Below are positions 10,030 through 20,369 of a stretch of 64,000 nucleotides of DNA, piece after piece (position 1 is the first letter of the stretch; every line of letters starts with the position of its first letter). Source of the stretch: Mycobacterium sp. (GTDB lineage: Bacteria; Actinomycetota; Actinomycetes; Mycobacteriales; Mycobacteriaceae); the NCBI RefSeq assembly GCF_035640695.1, contig NZ_DASQVQ010000059.1, positions 3,982 through 67,981 on the forward strand, in the 5' to 3' direction. The notes under the pieces are model-generated. The model made no database searches, was not told the origin of the DNA, and worked only from the letters and a program-made list of their open reading frames with translations. The position numbers and the translations under genes were made by a program.

Positions 10030-10827
10030 CCGCGGGCACGAAAGTACCGCCGCCACGCCGAAGTGGTCGCTCGGCCACGCGCCGCGGCGCGGCTCGTTGC
10101 ACACGACATCCGCGGACAGCACACGGCCCGCTCCGTCCGGAGTTCGCATTCCGACGAAGATGTAGTCGATTCGTCGGTCCGGGTTTTGATCGGCGGCCGC
10201 GAACGGGTTGGCATTGCTCCACGTGTAGCCGGGCCGCTCGGGGTGTGCGACCTCGAACGCATCCCAGAGGTGAAAGCTTCGGCCGTCCAGTGCGTGCAGG
10301 CCCTTGAGGAACCGCACTTCGGTGGCTGCCGCGGTGGCGTTGAAGTCGCCGCACAGTATCGCCGGAAAGTCATCTGAACCCATGCCGACGAAATCGGCAA
10401 TCTGTCGAACCTGTTGTTCTCGCGCCCAGCCGTCGTCGAAGCGATACGACAAGTGCGTCGAGGAAAACGACACCCGGCGACCACGGAGGTCGGCGTCGAC
10501 GGTCAGCACGCCGCGCGCCACGTCGCCGGGCGACCCGTCCGCGAGACGACGAGAGCGCGATCCGACGACCGAAAGCCGACTGAGCACCGCGTTGCCGAAC
10601 TCGGCACCGGAATGCCTGCCGGCGGCGGCGAAGATTCCCGTCATGTCAGTCTTCTCCGCGATCCACGTCGCCTGACACAGCCCGCTGAACCGGACCGCCT
10701 CTTGCAGCGCGAGGAGGTCGGGCCGGATGGCGTTTATCCAGTCGACAATCGCGTCGCGTCGCTCCTCCCACCGATGCATGTTCCAGATGTTTAGCGTCAT
10801 CACGGTGAGCTGGTCTCGCGTCGTCAC
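10024..10827 (-). CDS. Endonuclease/exonuclease/phosphatase (EEP) family protein
   Basis: LTVMTLNIWNMHRWEERRDAIVDWI..RPDLLALQEA and C-terminal SDHFGV are typical of the EEP fold. 6-nt convergent overlap with echA7. Confidence 0.8.
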   Translation of the reverse strand: MTTRDQLTVMTLNIWNMHRWEERRDAIVDWINAIRPDLLALQEAVRFSGLCQATWIAEKTDMTGIFAAAGRHSGAEFGNAVLSRLSVVGSRSRRLADGSPGDVARGVLTVDADLRGRRVSFSSTHLSYRFDDGWAREQQVRQIADFVGMGSDDFPAILCGDFNATAAATEVRFLKGLHALDGRSFHLWDAFEVAHPERPGYTWSNANPFAAADQNPDRRIDYIFVGMRTPDGAGRVLSADVVCNEPRRGAWPSDHFGVAAVLSCPRL

Positions 10828-10859
10828 GTAGCCATTTTGTGTGAAGCTACGCTCGCTGC

Positions 10860-11630
10860 ATGATGCGGCGCGTGTTGGTCACCGGCGGGACCGGCACACT
10901 GGGCCGACGCGTGGTCGCAGCCGCCGTCGCAGCCGGGCATGACGTTCGTGCGCTGAGCAGACACGATCGCACCGAAGAAACCAAGATCGATTGGCGCCGA
11001 GGCGATCTGTTTGCGGGTGTGGGCATCGACGACGCGGTCGACGGCGTCGACGTGGTTGTGCACTGCGCGACCCAGTTCGCCCGCGATAAGGATGTCGTGT
11101 CCACCCGACGCCTCATCGCCGCCGCGCACCGTGCAGGCGTGAAGCACATCATCTACGTTTCGATCGTGGGTATCGACCGCATCCCGCTGCCCTACTACCG
11201 GGTGAAGCTGTGCGTCGAGGAAGCGCTGGCTGGGTCGGGCCTTGGCCACACCATCGTGCGGGCGACCCAGTTTCACGACCTGGTCGCCGTAATCTTCGCG
11301 ATGCAGCGGTTCTCCCCCGTGTTGTGGGCGCTGCGCGGTGTGCGTTTCCAACCAATCGACACGCGCGACGTGGCGTCGCACTTGGTCTCGCTCGTCGACG
11401 CCGAGCCCGCCGGGCGCGTCGCCGACATCGGCGGGCCGGCGGTGCGTGAGCACATGGAGCTGGCGCACACTTACCTCGAGTCGCGAGGCGGCCGACGACA
11501 CGTGATCGGCGTCACGGCGCCGGGTCGGATTCTCGGCGGTTACCGCTCAGGTGCGAATTTGGCACCGGACAATCCGGTCGGTTCCATCACCTTCGAGGAC
11601 TACCTCGCAGAAGGCCATCATGCGCGCTAG
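10860..11630 (+). CDS. NAD(P)H-binding NmrA/atypical-SDR-like protein
   Basis: N-terminal Rossmann motif VLVTGGTGTLGRRVV, 256 aa. Confidence 0.75.
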   Translation: MMRRVLVTGGTGTLGRRVVAAAVAAGHDVRALSRHDRTEETKIDWRRGDLFAGVGIDDAVDGVDVVVHCATQFARDKDVVSTRRLIAAAHRAGVKHIIYVSIVGIDRIPLPYYRVKLCVEEALAGSGLGHTIVRATQFHDLVAVIFAMQRFSPVLWALRGVRFQPIDTRDVASHLVSLVDAEPAGRVADIGGPAVREHMELAHTYLESRGGRRHVIGVTAPGRILGGYRSGANLAPDNPVGSITFEDYLAEGHHAR

Positions 11631-11706
11631 CAGCAGTTCGCGGATGCTAGCGGCAAGTCGACGGTTCGGTGGGCATCATCGCGGCTTCGTCGTAGGCTCG
11701 CAACTG

Positions 11707-12294
11707 ATGACGAGCAATTCGCCACAGCGAAACGCACCGATAGGCCCCGCGGATACCGACCGTATCCAGGTGGCCCAGTTGCTTACCGACGCGGCCGCGC
11801 AGGGTCGGCTGCAGATGAGCGAATACGAAGACCGCCTAACGAAGGTTTACGCCGCCAAGACCAATGACGAGCTAGACCGGCTGAGTCGGGATCTGCCCGG
11901 CGCGTCGACCCGGCCCCGCCATCCGGATGGAGTGTGTCGACCGGCGCCGTCGACACTGTTGTTCGCGATCATGAGCGGCTTCGAACGCCGTGGCCGCTGG
12001 AACGTGCCGCGCCGCTTGACCACTCTTGCGCTGTGCGGCGGCGGCGTGGTCGACCTGCGGTATGCGGACTTCACTTCACCAGAAGTGGAGATCCATGCCT
12101 ATTCGATCATGGGCGGGCAGATCATCCTGGTGCCGCCCGAGGTGAACCTCGAAATACAGGGGCGTGGCGTCATGGGCGCCTTCGACCACAGCGCCAACGG
12201 TCAGGGCATGCCCGGCGCACCCCGTGTTGTGGTCAAGGGCTTCTCGCTGTGGGGCAATGTCGGCGTCAAGCGCAAGAAGCGCACGTACCACTGA
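11707..12294 (+). CDS. DUF1707 domain protein with LiaF-like C-terminal domain
   Basis: ADTDRIQVAQLLTDAAAQGRLQMSEYEDRLTKVYAAKTNDELDRLSRDLP is the DUF1707 signature. Internal ATG chosen, because the upstream part of ORF 11551 overlaps the previous gene. Confidence 0.7.
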   Translation: MTSNSPQRNAPIGPADTDRIQVAQLLTDAAAQGRLQMSEYEDRLTKVYAAKTNDELDRLSRDLPGASTRPRHPDGVCRPAPSTLLFAIMSGFERRGRWNVPRRLTTLALCGGGVVDLRYADFTSPEVEIHAYSIMGGQIILVPPEVNLEIQGRGVMGAFDHSANGQGMPGAPRVVVKGFSLWGNVGVKRKKRTYH

Positions 12295-12309
12295 GGCTGC
12301 GGTACTCAG

Positions 12310-14319
12310 CTACCGCTTGCGCGAGCGCAGATAGTCGCCCACCACGGCTGCGCCCAGTCCGTCCAGGTCGGGAACCACCACGCGGCCGTGCACGCGCCGC
12401 GCCACCTGGTCGATGAACCGCGCCAGACCGGGATCGCTGCCCAACCGGAAGATCGTCACCTGCGCGCCAAGCCGCGCCACCTCGTCGAAGCCCTTCACGG
12501 TGTGCGCGATTGTGCGCGGATGCGGCGGATAGTCGAAGAACACCTGCGCCGGTTCTGACCCCATATCTCGGTATCCCAGGCCGCCTTCGAGGTGGGCGGT
12601 CGGCTCGCCGTCGGTGACCACCAACACCACCGGCTGGGCGGTCGGGTGCCGGCGCAGATGACGGCCCGCCAACGCCAGCGCGTGGTGCAGGTTGGTGCCC
12701 TGCTCGTAGACGCCCTCCAGCCCGGTCAGCTCCTCGGCTGTGACCGTGCGTGCGTAGCGGCCGAACGCGATGATTTGTAGCGCGTCGGTGCGGAACCGCG
12801 TTCTGATCAAGTGATTGAGTGCGAGGGCCGTGCGTTTCATTGGCAGCCAACGGTTTTCCATCACCATCGAGAACGACGTGTCGACCAGCAACGCCACCGC
12901 GGCCTGCGACCGTGTCTCCGTTTCGGACACTTCGACGTCGTCGACGGTGATTTGGATGGCCGCGCTCGGTCCGTCCATCAAATTTCCACTGCCCGCCTGG
13001 CGCAGCACCGCGTTCGTCAGCGTCCGCGTGACGTTCCACGGCTCCGTATCCCCGAACTGCCATGGCCGCGTCGCACCCGTCAGCTCCCCGGCCGCGCCCG
13101 CGCGTTGGGTCTCACGCTCGCCGCGTCGGCCGGACAACTGCTGGGCGACATCGCGCAGCGCCGTCTGGCCCAACTGGCGCATCGCCTTCGGCGACAGCCG
13201 CCATTGGCCGTCGGGGGTGCGATCCAGGAAGCCCTGATTGAGCAGGGCGCGCTCAAGCTCGGCGAGGGTGCGCGCGTCGACGGCGGCCTGCTCCCCTAGC
13301 TGGCGGGCCAACGCATCCAGATCGACGTCGTCCATCGACGCGCCGGCGTAGCTCTGCGATAGCGCCTCGGCCAGCTGTTCGAGCTCGGCGATGTCCGACA
13401 GCGCCTGCGTGCCCTCGCCCATGCCCAGCGGGTCGTCGCCGGAAAACCGCGACGAACCGGTCCAGTCCTCGCCCGGGCGGGCCCCCTGCAGGTGCGCGTC
13501 CAGCCGGCCCAGCGCCTGCTGTAATGCGGGCGTCCCAAAGGCCTGTTGCGCCAACGTATCCAGCTCGGCCCGCTGGTCTGGGCTCAGGCTGTTGCGGAAC
13601 CGCTGCGCGGCGGCCGCCCGCTTGGCCAGCGAGTCGATCAGCTCCTCCACGTTGCGTGGATTTTCCGGGAAGAACTCGCCGTGCTTGGCCATGAAGTCGT
13701 CGAAGTCCTGCTGAGTGTCCTCACCGTGGGCGTGCTTGTCCAACAACTCGTTGAGGTCGTCGAGCATGTCGGTGACGCGCTGGCGATCTTCGTCGGTCGC
13801 GCCCTCCAGCGCCTGCTTCATGCCGGCGAAACGCTGGTCCAGCATTTCGCGGCCGAGCAAATCCTTTATCTGCTCGTACTTTTCGCGGGCTTCGGCGCTC
13901 CGCCAGTCGTAATCGGCCAATTCCTGCACGGCCTTGGCCGGCGACGGGGACAGCGCGTCGAGCTGCAGCTCACCGAAGCGCGCGTCGTCGTCCAGCGCTC
14001 GGGCCAGTTCCTTGCGCTCGGCCAGCACCGCCTCGTCAAGCAGCTTCTTGATCTCCTGCAAAGTGCCGTCAAGATTGTTGCGGGTCAACAACTCTCGACG
14101 GCGACGATTCGCCTCGGCCGCCAGTCGGTCGGCACCGCGCAGGCCCTTGGTTCCGCGCCGCAGCATCTCCGATAGCGCCCGGCGCGGTGAACTGCCCTCC
14201 ATCACGTCGCGGCCGATCTGCTCAAGCGCGTCGCGCAGGTCGACCGGCGGCGCCAACGGGTCGGGGCCGCCGGTGTAGGCCGAGTACCGCGAGGACCGGC
14301 CGTGCCGCTGGTTAGCCAT
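12310..14319 (-). CDS. von Willebrand factor A domain protein (Rv0959-like)
   Basis: Start MANQRHGRSSRY (ATG 14319) overlaps the upstream ATPase stop by 8 nt. Long charged helical region, then a C-terminal vWA with MIDAS VDTSFSM. Confidence 0.85.
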   Translation of the reverse strand: MANQRHGRSSRYSAYTGGPDPLAPPVDLRDALEQIGRDVMEGSSPRRALSEMLRRGTKGLRGADRLAAEANRRRRELLTRNNLDGTLQEIKKLLDEAVLAERKELARALDDDARFGELQLDALSPSPAKAVQELADYDWRSAEAREKYEQIKDLLGREMLDQRFAGMKQALEGATDEDRQRVTDMLDDLNELLDKHAHGEDTQQDFDDFMAKHGEFFPENPRNVEELIDSLAKRAAAAQRFRNSLSPDQRAELDTLAQQAFGTPALQQALGRLDAHLQGARPGEDWTGSSRFSGDDPLGMGEGTQALSDIAELEQLAEALSQSYAGASMDDVDLDALARQLGEQAAVDARTLAELERALLNQGFLDRTPDGQWRLSPKAMRQLGQTALRDVAQQLSGRRGERETQRAGAAGELTGATRPWQFGDTEPWNVTRTLTNAVLRQAGSGNLMDGPSAAIQITVDDVEVSETETRSQAAVALLVDTSFSMVMENRWLPMKRTALALNHLIRTRFRTDALQIIAFGRYARTVTAEELTGLEGVYEQGTNLHHALALAGRHLRRHPTAQPVVLVVTDGEPTAHLEGGLGYRDMGSEPAQVFFDYPPHPRTIAHTVKGFDEVARLGAQVTIFRLGSDPGLARFIDQVARRVHGRVVVPDLDGLGAAVVGDYLRSRKR

Positions 14320-15697
14320 ACACGGTCTCGCCGTCGCCGCTGACCTTGTCGATGCGCTTGGCCAGATACAAGGCCTCCAAAGCCAATTCGACGGCCGCGG
14401 CACGTTCGCCGTCGGACACCGCGCCCAGGCGCCGCTGGATCACCGCGATCGCCGGCACTTCGGGCACCGCCGCCAGCACATCCTTCGCCGACACCCGCTC
14501 GCCGGTCGTCACCGCCGAACCGTTCTCGATCGCGACCACCAGCGGCCCGACGTCGATGCCGCCGAGCAGCGTCTGCGCGGTGTCGGCGGTGGCCCTGCGC
14601 AGCAAATGCTCGAGCACGGCCTGTTCGCGGCCCTCCTCGCCGGATTCGAATTCGAGCTTGCCGCGCAGCACGTCGATCACTGTGCTCAGGTCGATGACCC
14701 GCGCGACCGGATCCTGTTCGCCGAGCACCGCGGCGCGGTGTCTGGCCGAGGCCGCGACGGTCTCGGCCGCCGCGATCGCGAACCGCGCCGACACGCCGGA
14801 GCGCTGGTCGATCGACCGCGACTCGCGCAGATAGCGGGCGAACCTGGCGAGGATCTGCGTCAGGTAATCCGGCACCTGCGCCGCGAGGTGCGCTTCCTGT
14901 CTGATGACGCCCACCTCGGCGTCCAACTCCAACGGGTAGTGGGTCCGGATCTCGGCGCCGAACCGGTCCTTCAGCGGCGTGATGATGCGGCCGCGGTTGG
15001 TGTAGTCCTCGGGATTCGCGCTGGCCACCACGAGCACGTCCAGCGGCAGCCGCAGCGTGTAGCCGCGCACCTGGATGTCGCGCTCCTCCATCACGTTCAG
15101 CATCGCCACCTGGATGCGCTCGGCAAGGTCGGGCAGCTCGTTGACCGCGACGACGCCGCGGTGCGCCCGCGGGATGAGCCCATAGGCGATGGTCTCCGGG
15201 TCGCCGAGGCTGCGGCCCTCGGCCACCTTGACCGGGTCGATGTCGCCGACTAGGTCGGCGACGCTGGTGTCGGGGGTGGCCAGCTTCTCGGTGTACCGCT
15301 CGCTGCGGTGCTTCCAGGTCACCGGCAGCGCGTCGCCGAGTTCGGCGGCCCGCCGGATCGAGCCCGGGGTGATCGGCCGGTACGGGTGTTCACCCAGCTC
15401 GGCGCCGGCGATCACCGGGGTCCACTCGTCAAGCAGCCCAACCAGCGCGCGCAGCAACCGGGTCTTGCCCTGTCCGCGCTCGCCGAGCAGCACCACGTCG
15501 TGCCCGGCGATCAGCGCGCGTTCCAGCTGCGGAAGCACGGTGTCCTCGAAACCCAGGATGCCCGGCCAGGTGTCCTCGTCCTCGGCGAGCGCCGTCAGTA
15601 GGTTTTCTCGGATTTCTTGTTTGACGCCCCGCTCGCGGTGGCCGGATGCGCGTAGCTCCCCCACCGTGCGGGGCAAGTCGTGAGGTTGGGTCACCAC
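14312..15697 (-). CDS. ChlI/MoxR-like AAA+ ATPase (Rv0958-like 'possible magnesium chelatase')
   Basis: 461 aa, Walker A GERGQGKT, Walker B region VVAVNELPD, ChlI-like core. Confidence 0.85.
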   Translation of the reverse strand: MVTQPHDLPRTVGELRASGHRERGVKQEIRENLLTALAEDEDTWPGILGFEDTVLPQLERALIAGHDVVLLGERGQGKTRLLRALVGLLDEWTPVIAGAELGEHPYRPITPGSIRRAAELGDALPVTWKHRSERYTEKLATPDTSVADLVGDIDPVKVAEGRSLGDPETIAYGLIPRAHRGVVAVNELPDLAERIQVAMLNVMEERDIQVRGYTLRLPLDVLVVASANPEDYTNRGRIITPLKDRFGAEIRTHYPLELDAEVGVIRQEAHLAAQVPDYLTQILARFARYLRESRSIDQRSGVSARFAIAAAETVAASARHRAAVLGEQDPVARVIDLSTVIDVLRGKLEFESGEEGREQAVLEHLLRRATADTAQTLLGGIDVGPLVVAIENGSAVTTGERVSAKDVLAAVPEVPAIAVIQRRLGAVSDGERAAAVELALEALYLAKRIDKVSGDGETVYG

Positions 15698-15810
15698 TCC
15701 ACGCTACGACTGCTGTCGAGTGAACGCCGGGTGTGCGGTTGTTGCCGAGCTCACTCGGGGCGCTCATTCGTTTGCGCACAGCAACGCCCGCGCTCGGCGA
15801 GGAAAGCGCG

Positions 15811-17382
15811 CTAGTGCGCGAAGTGGCGCGCACCCGTAAGGTAAAGCGTCACGCCGGCCTTGGCTGCGGCCTGCGTGACCATGTCGTCGCGCATCGATCC
15901 GCCGGGGTGCACGATCGCCCGCACGCCGGCGTCGGCGAGCACTTCCAGCCCATCCGGGAACGGGAAGAACGCGTCGGATGCGGCCACCGCTCCGCGAACC
16001 CGATCGCCGGCGCGGGCGACGGCCAGCCTCGCCGCGTCGACGCGGTTGACCTGTCCCATTCCGACGCCGACGGTGGCTCCGCCGGACGCGATGACGATTG
16101 CATTCGACTTGACCGCCCGGCAGGATCGCCACGCGAACTGCAAGTCCGCCCAGGTCTGCGGATCGGCCGATAGGCCCGCCGCCAGCGTCCAGTCGACCGG
16201 GTTGTCGCCGCGGGCATCGAGCGCATCCCGCTGCTGGAGCAGCAGCCCACCGCTCACCTGCCGGAACTCGATGCCGCCCTGCGGCGGCTGCACCGCCACC
16301 AGTACCCGAATGTTCTTCTTGCGCGCCAACACATCCACCGCGCCGGGCTCGTAGGCCGGCGCGATGATCACCTCGGTGAAGATGCCTGCGACGGTCTCTG
16401 CCATCTCGACGCTGACTTCGGTGTTCGTCGCGATCACGCCACCGAACGCGCTGATCGGGTCGCATTCGTGGGCCTTGCGGTGGGCGTCGGCCACCGACAC
16501 CGACGAGATCGCGATGCCACACGGGTTGGCGTGTTTGATGATCGCCACGCAGATCTCCTCGTGGTCGAACGCCGCCCGCCATGCCGCGTCGGCGTCGGTG
16601 AAGTTGTTGTAGGACATCTCTTTTCCGTGCAGCTGCTCGGCCTGCGCCAGACCAGGCCATGCGGAGTCGTTGCGATACACCGCCGCGTGCTGATGCGGGT
16701 TCTCGCCGTACCGCAGTGTCGCAGCGCGCCGCCACGTCGCGCCGACCCATGCCGGCAGAGGCTGCGCCGGTTCCTCCGGCGCCATCACCGATCCCATCCA
16801 GGACGCCACCGCTACGTCGTATTCGGCGGTGTGCCGAAAGGCCAACGATGCCAACCGCTTCCGCTCGGCCAGCGTGAAACCGCCCGCGCGGACGGCGGCG
16901 AGCACCCCGTCATAGCCGAGTGGCTCGACCACCACCGCGACGCTGGGGTAGTTCTTGGCCGCGGCGCGCACCATCGACGGGCCGCCGATGTCGATCTGCT
17001 CGACGCACTCGTCCACCGATGCCCCGGACGCGACAGTCTCGGTGAACGGGTAGAGGTTGACCACCACCAACTCGAACGGTGCGATGCCGAGTTCGTCTAG
17101 AGCACTGTGATGTTGGCGCTTGCGCAGGTCGGCGAGCAGCCCCGCGTGTACCGCGGGGTGCAGAGTCTTGACGCGGCCCTCGAGCACCTCGGGAAATCCG
17201 GTGACCTCTTCGACGGGCGTCACCGGAAAGCCAGCGGCGGCAATCGTTTTCGCCGTCGATCCGGTCGATACCATTTCCACGCCCACGTCGGCCAGACCGC
17301 GGGCCAGCTCCACCAGGCCGGTCTTGTCGTAGACACTGATCAGCGCGCGGCGGATCGGCCTGCGTCCATCGTTGCCGGTCAT
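15811..17382 (-). CDS. purH: Bifunctional AICAR transformylase / IMP cyclohydrolase
   Basis: 523 aa, [13 protein letters not shown]...STGSTAK...LHPAVHAG canonical PurH. ATGA overlap with purN. Confidence 0.97.
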   Translation of the reverse strand: MTGNDGRRPIRRALISVYDKTGLVELARGLADVGVEMVSTGSTAKTIAAAGFPVTPVEEVTGFPEVLEGRVKTLHPAVHAGLLADLRKRQHHSALDELGIAPFELVVVNLYPFTETVASGASVDECVEQIDIGGPSMVRAAAKNYPSVAVVVEPLGYDGVLAAVRAGGFTLAERKRLASLAFRHTAEYDVAVASWMGSVMAPEEPAQPLPAWVGATWRRAATLRYGENPHQHAAVYRNDSAWPGLAQAEQLHGKEMSYNNFTDADAAWRAAFDHEEICVAIIKHANPCGIAISSVSVADAHRKAHECDPISAFGGVIATNTEVSVEMAETVAGIFTEVIIAPAYEPGAVDVLARKKNIRVLVAVQPPQGGIEFRQVSGGLLLQQRDALDARGDNPVDWTLAAGLSADPQTWADLQFAWRSCRAVKSNAIVIASGGATVGVGMGQVNRVDAARLAVARAGDRVRGAVAASDAFFPFPDGLEVLADAGVRAIVHPGGSMRDDMVTQAAAKAGVTLYLTGARHFAH

Positions 17383-18008
17383 CCTATGGTCGCCTTCCGT
17401 CCGGTCCAGGTCACGCCGCCGGTGGCCAGCGCGGCCAGGACATCCACAAGTAGCCGCCGTTCGACGACCTTGATGCGCTCATGCAGGGTGACCTCGTCGT
17501 CGCCGTCGAGCACCGGCACCACCTCCTGGGCCAGCACCGGGCCGGTGTCCGTGCCCGCGTCGACCAGGTGCACCGTGCAGCCGGTGACCTTCACCCCGTA
17601 CGCCAGCGACTCGCGCACCGCATGCGTCCCCGGGAAAGCAGGCAGCAGCGCCGGGTGGGTGTTGACGATGCGGCCCGGATACCGCGAAAGGAACTGCGGC
17701 CCGAGTATTTTCATGAACCCAGCGGAGACGATCCAGTCGGGTTCATGCTTCGCGGTGGCCTCGGTGATACCAGCATCCCACGCGGCGCGATCCGGATAAT
17801 CACTGAGCCGGACAGTGTATGTCGGCACCCCCGCGGCCGCGGCGATGTCGGCGGCGGGGCAGTCGCGGTCGACGCCGACGGCCACCACCCGGCCCGGATA
17901 CTCGCCGCGGGCGGCTTGCAGTAACGACGCGAGCAGCGAACCGGTCCCCGAGGCCAACACCACCAGCCGCGACGGTGCGCTGGGCGGCACGCGGAGCGGT
18001 TGCTGCAC
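17379..18008 (-). CDS. purN: Phosphoribosylglycinamide formyltransferase
   Basis: [26 protein letters not shown]...[12 protein letters not shown] is near-identical to remembered Mtb PurN. Confidence 0.95.
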   Translation of the reverse strand: MQQPLRVPPSAPSRLVVLASGTGSLLASLLQAARGEYPGRVVAVGVDRDCPAADIAAAAGVPTYTVRLSDYPDRAAWDAGITEATAKHEPDWIVSAGFMKILGPQFLSRYPGRIVNTHPALLPAFPGTHAVRESLAYGVKVTGCTVHLVDAGTDTGPVLAQEVVPVLDGDDEVTLHERIKVVERRLLVDVLAALATGGVTWTGRKATIG

Positions 18009-18017
18009 GTGACGAGC

Positions 18018-19370
18018 CTAATCGGCGGGCTCGTTGCGCTCTTTGTCCCCCGCCGGTGGCAGCGGCGCCGACTCCTCGTCGTCGGCCGCCAACGCCGGAT
18101 CGCGCTCATCCGACACCGCCTCATCCGACATCGCCTCATCCGACCCCGCCTCATCCGACACCGCCTCGGGCTTCGGTGCCGGCCGCCGGCGGGTCGGCAA
18201 AATCACTCCGCCCGACATCCCCACCGTCACCGCACCAACGGCGAGGAACCAGAGGAACACCGCGGGCGCGAACGTCGACTGGTCCACCCCGACGTCCCCG
18301 AAGTTGCCGAGCGGACCGCCGGCGGCGTAGCCGAGCAGCGCCATCACCGCTGCCGACACCAATGCCGCCAGCAGCAGCTTCAACGCCGCCTGCCCGATCG
18401 GCAGCGGGCGGCGCGCACACTGTTGGCCCAGCGCGACACCGGCCGCCGCCGCCACAATCAGCAGCGCCACCCACACCGGCCCCAGCGGGGGCGTCGGCGA
18501 CGCCGCCAGCACCGGCAACGCCGGCACGTCGCCGCCGAACACCGTGAACGAACTGAACGTCGCAACGCCAACATGCACGCTCGATCCGACCGCCACCGCC
18601 GACGCGCCGACGATCACGTTCGGGATGTAGAGCACCGACAACAGCGTCAGGCTCAGCTGTCCGAACAGCGAATCGGTGATCGAGTACAGCTCGTGCATCG
18701 TCGACCAGTGCACGATCAACGACCCGGCCGTGAGCGCGCCGGACAAGCCGAACAACGCGAGCACTCCCACCGCGGCGGCGCGCACCGAATCGGCGATCCA
18801 GACCGGCAGCCGTGACGCGGCCAGCAGCCGGCGTCCCGTGCGCGTGCCGACGCCCACCGCGGCGCCGATCGCGTGCACGGCGAACACCCCGGCGAAGGCC
18901 CGCAGCGCGTCGGGCGTCTGCAATTCGGTGAGCACCGATGCGGCGTCGTGGATCACCGCCAGCGCGATCGCCGCGATCAGCAGTGGCCCGCCGAGCGCAG
19001 ACGCGACGATCCAGCGGATCACGAACCAGGAGCTCCGCGCCGGCATCGCATTCGCCGTCGACCGCGCCGTCCCCCAGACCATCGCCAGCACCGGAAGCAA
19101 CGGCATCACCCCGAGCTCGCGGCCGCCAATCGACACCGGGACCTGGTGCACGCCGAGCCACATGCTGGCGATCGCGCCGAGCGCCCCCGTCATGTCGCTG
19201 TTGGCGACGAGCAGTTGGACCAGCACCACCGCCGCGATGATGACCAGCGCCACCACCGAAGGGCCGAACGCGACCGTCAACAGGTCACGTGCCTGGCGCG
19301 TGCCGACCGTCGGCTGGTTGTCCCCCGGTCGCTGCGCCCTAGGCCGGCTGCCCTCCGCCACCCTTGTCAT
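18018..19370 (-). CDS. perM: Polytopic membrane protein, PerM (Rv0955)-like
   Basis: 450 aa, about 10 predicted TM helices, synteny upstream of purN. C-terminal acidic pentapeptide repeat tail. Confidence 0.8.
   Translation of the reverse strand: MTRVAEGSRPRAQRPGDNQPTVGTRQARDLLTVAFGPSVVALVIIAAVVLVQLLVANSDMTGALGAIASMWLGVHQVPVSIGGRELGVMPLLPVLAMVWGTARSTANAMPARSSWFVIRWIVASALGGPLLIAAIALAVIHDAASVLTELQTPDALRAFAGVFAVHAIGAAVGVGTRTGRRLLAASRLPVWIADSVRAAAVGVLALFGLSGALTAGSLIVHWSTMHELYSITDSLFGQLSLTLLSVLYIPNVIVGASAVAVGSSVHVGVATFSSFTVFGGDVPALPVLAASPTPPLGPVWVALLIVAAAAGVALGQQCARRPLPIGQAALKLLLAALVSAAVMALLGYAAGGPLGNFGDVGVDQSTFAPAVFLWFLAVGAVTVGMSGGVILPTRRRPAPKPEAVSDEAGSDEAMSDEAVSDERDPALAADDEESAPLPPAGDKERNEPAD
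18106..18165. repeat. 4 x 15-bp tandem repeat inside the perM-like 3' end
   Basis: tcatccgacaccgcc / tcatccgacatcgcc / tcatccgaccccgcc / tcatccgacaccgcc. Encodes (A[VGM]SDE)x4 on the minus strand. Confidence 0.95.
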
Positions 19371-19401
19371 TCTGGGCGCAACCGGCGTTCCCGCCGGTTA
19401 T

Positions 19402-20238
19402 TTACGACGGCGCGGGCCCAGACTGCGCCGACGAGGGATTCTCGTGCTGCTGCTGCTGCTGCGGCGGCTGCTGTTGCTGCTGTGGCTGCTGTTGCGGCAT
19501 GGCCTGCGTCGGCGCAGACGGGCTGGCCGGCCCGTAGGTCGGGAAGCCGGTCGGCGGAGTCGGCGGCCCGGGCTGCCCGGGGAAGCCGCCCGCGGGCGGA
19601 CCGGACGGGTAGCCGCCGTACTGCGGATAGCCGCCACGCTGCTGGAAGTTCTGCTGCGGCTGCGGGGCGTGCTGCTGAGGCTGACCCGGTTGGCCGTAGT
19701 ACTGGCCGCCGTACCCCTGGAACTGGTCATACTTGGGCCGCGGCTGCGGCGCGGTGATGACGTCCGCGTCCAGCAGCAGCGCGCCGACGGCCGCGATGGC
19801 CTGCAGACCGGCGAGCACGACGATCGCGATCAGCGCCCAGCCGATGTTCAGGAAGCTCGGCTTGTTGATCAGTTCGGATAGCACCAGCAAGAAGCCAACC
19901 GAGGCGACCGCGGCCACGATCGCGGTGTAATTCCGCTGCTTGGGCAGCAGCCCGATCCCGGCCAGCAACGCGGCCAGCACCGGAGCCACGATCTCCAGGC
20001 TTCCGCCGGTGATGCTCGTGCCGCCGACCGAGCCCATCTCACTGGACTTCCACACCGGTCCGAAGCTGACCAGGTAGCAGGCGAGGCCGAACGCGACCAC
20101 CGCGGCGAGCAGATACACGGGCAGCTTGGTTTCGCCGTCGTCCTTGGTGAAATCCGGCTTGGCGAATTGCGTCGTCGGGGCGTACGGGCCATGCTGCTGC
20201 GCCGGCGGGTAGCTTTGCCCGCCTTGTGAGTAGGTCAT
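19402..20238 (-). CDS. Membrane protein with Pro/Gln/Gly-rich C-terminal tail (Rv0954-like)
   Basis: Start MTYSQGGQSYPP (ATG 20238, preceded by GGGAGAGG SD) matches the remembered Rv0954 MTYSPGNPGYP. Four TM helices, then a P/Q/G/Y low-complexity tail. Confidence 0.75.
   Translation of the reverse strand: MTYSQGGQSYPPAQQHGPYAPTTQFAKPDFTKDDGETKLPVYLLAAVVAFGLACYLVSFGPVWKSSEMGSVGGTSITGGSLEIVAPVLAALLAGIGLLPKQRNYTAIVAAVASVGFLLVLSELINKPSFLNIGWALIAIVVLAGLQAIAAVGALLLDADVITAPQPRPKYDQFQGYGGQYYGQPGQPQQHAPQPQQNFQQRGGYPQYGGYPSGPPAGGFPGQPGPPTPPTGFPTYGPASPSAPTQAMPQQQPQQQQQPPQQQQQHENPSSAQSGPAPS
19444..19496. repeat. CTG/CAG-rich trinucleotide tract (encodes poly-Q/P)
   Basis: gtgctgctgctgctgctgcggcggctgctgttgctgctgtggctgctgttg. 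Encodes QQQPQQQQQPPQQQQQ on the minus strand. Confidence 0.9.
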
Positions 20239-20369
20239 TGCCTCTCCCGTGCTGTTGGGTGCCGCTTGGGTGGGCAGCACTGCGTCGGATCGGTGATCGT
20301 GCACCACGCTAGCGCACCGGACTGAGGCCCGGCACTCGTCTACAATGAGGTTTGTCTGGCAATACCGCC

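Noticed and set aside
15789-15810. Hairpin immediately downstream of purH (cgcgct-N10-agcgcg) as an intrinsic terminator.
   Set aside because: It has only a 6-bp stem and no U-tract, so it is too weak to call. It is mentioned here only for completeness.
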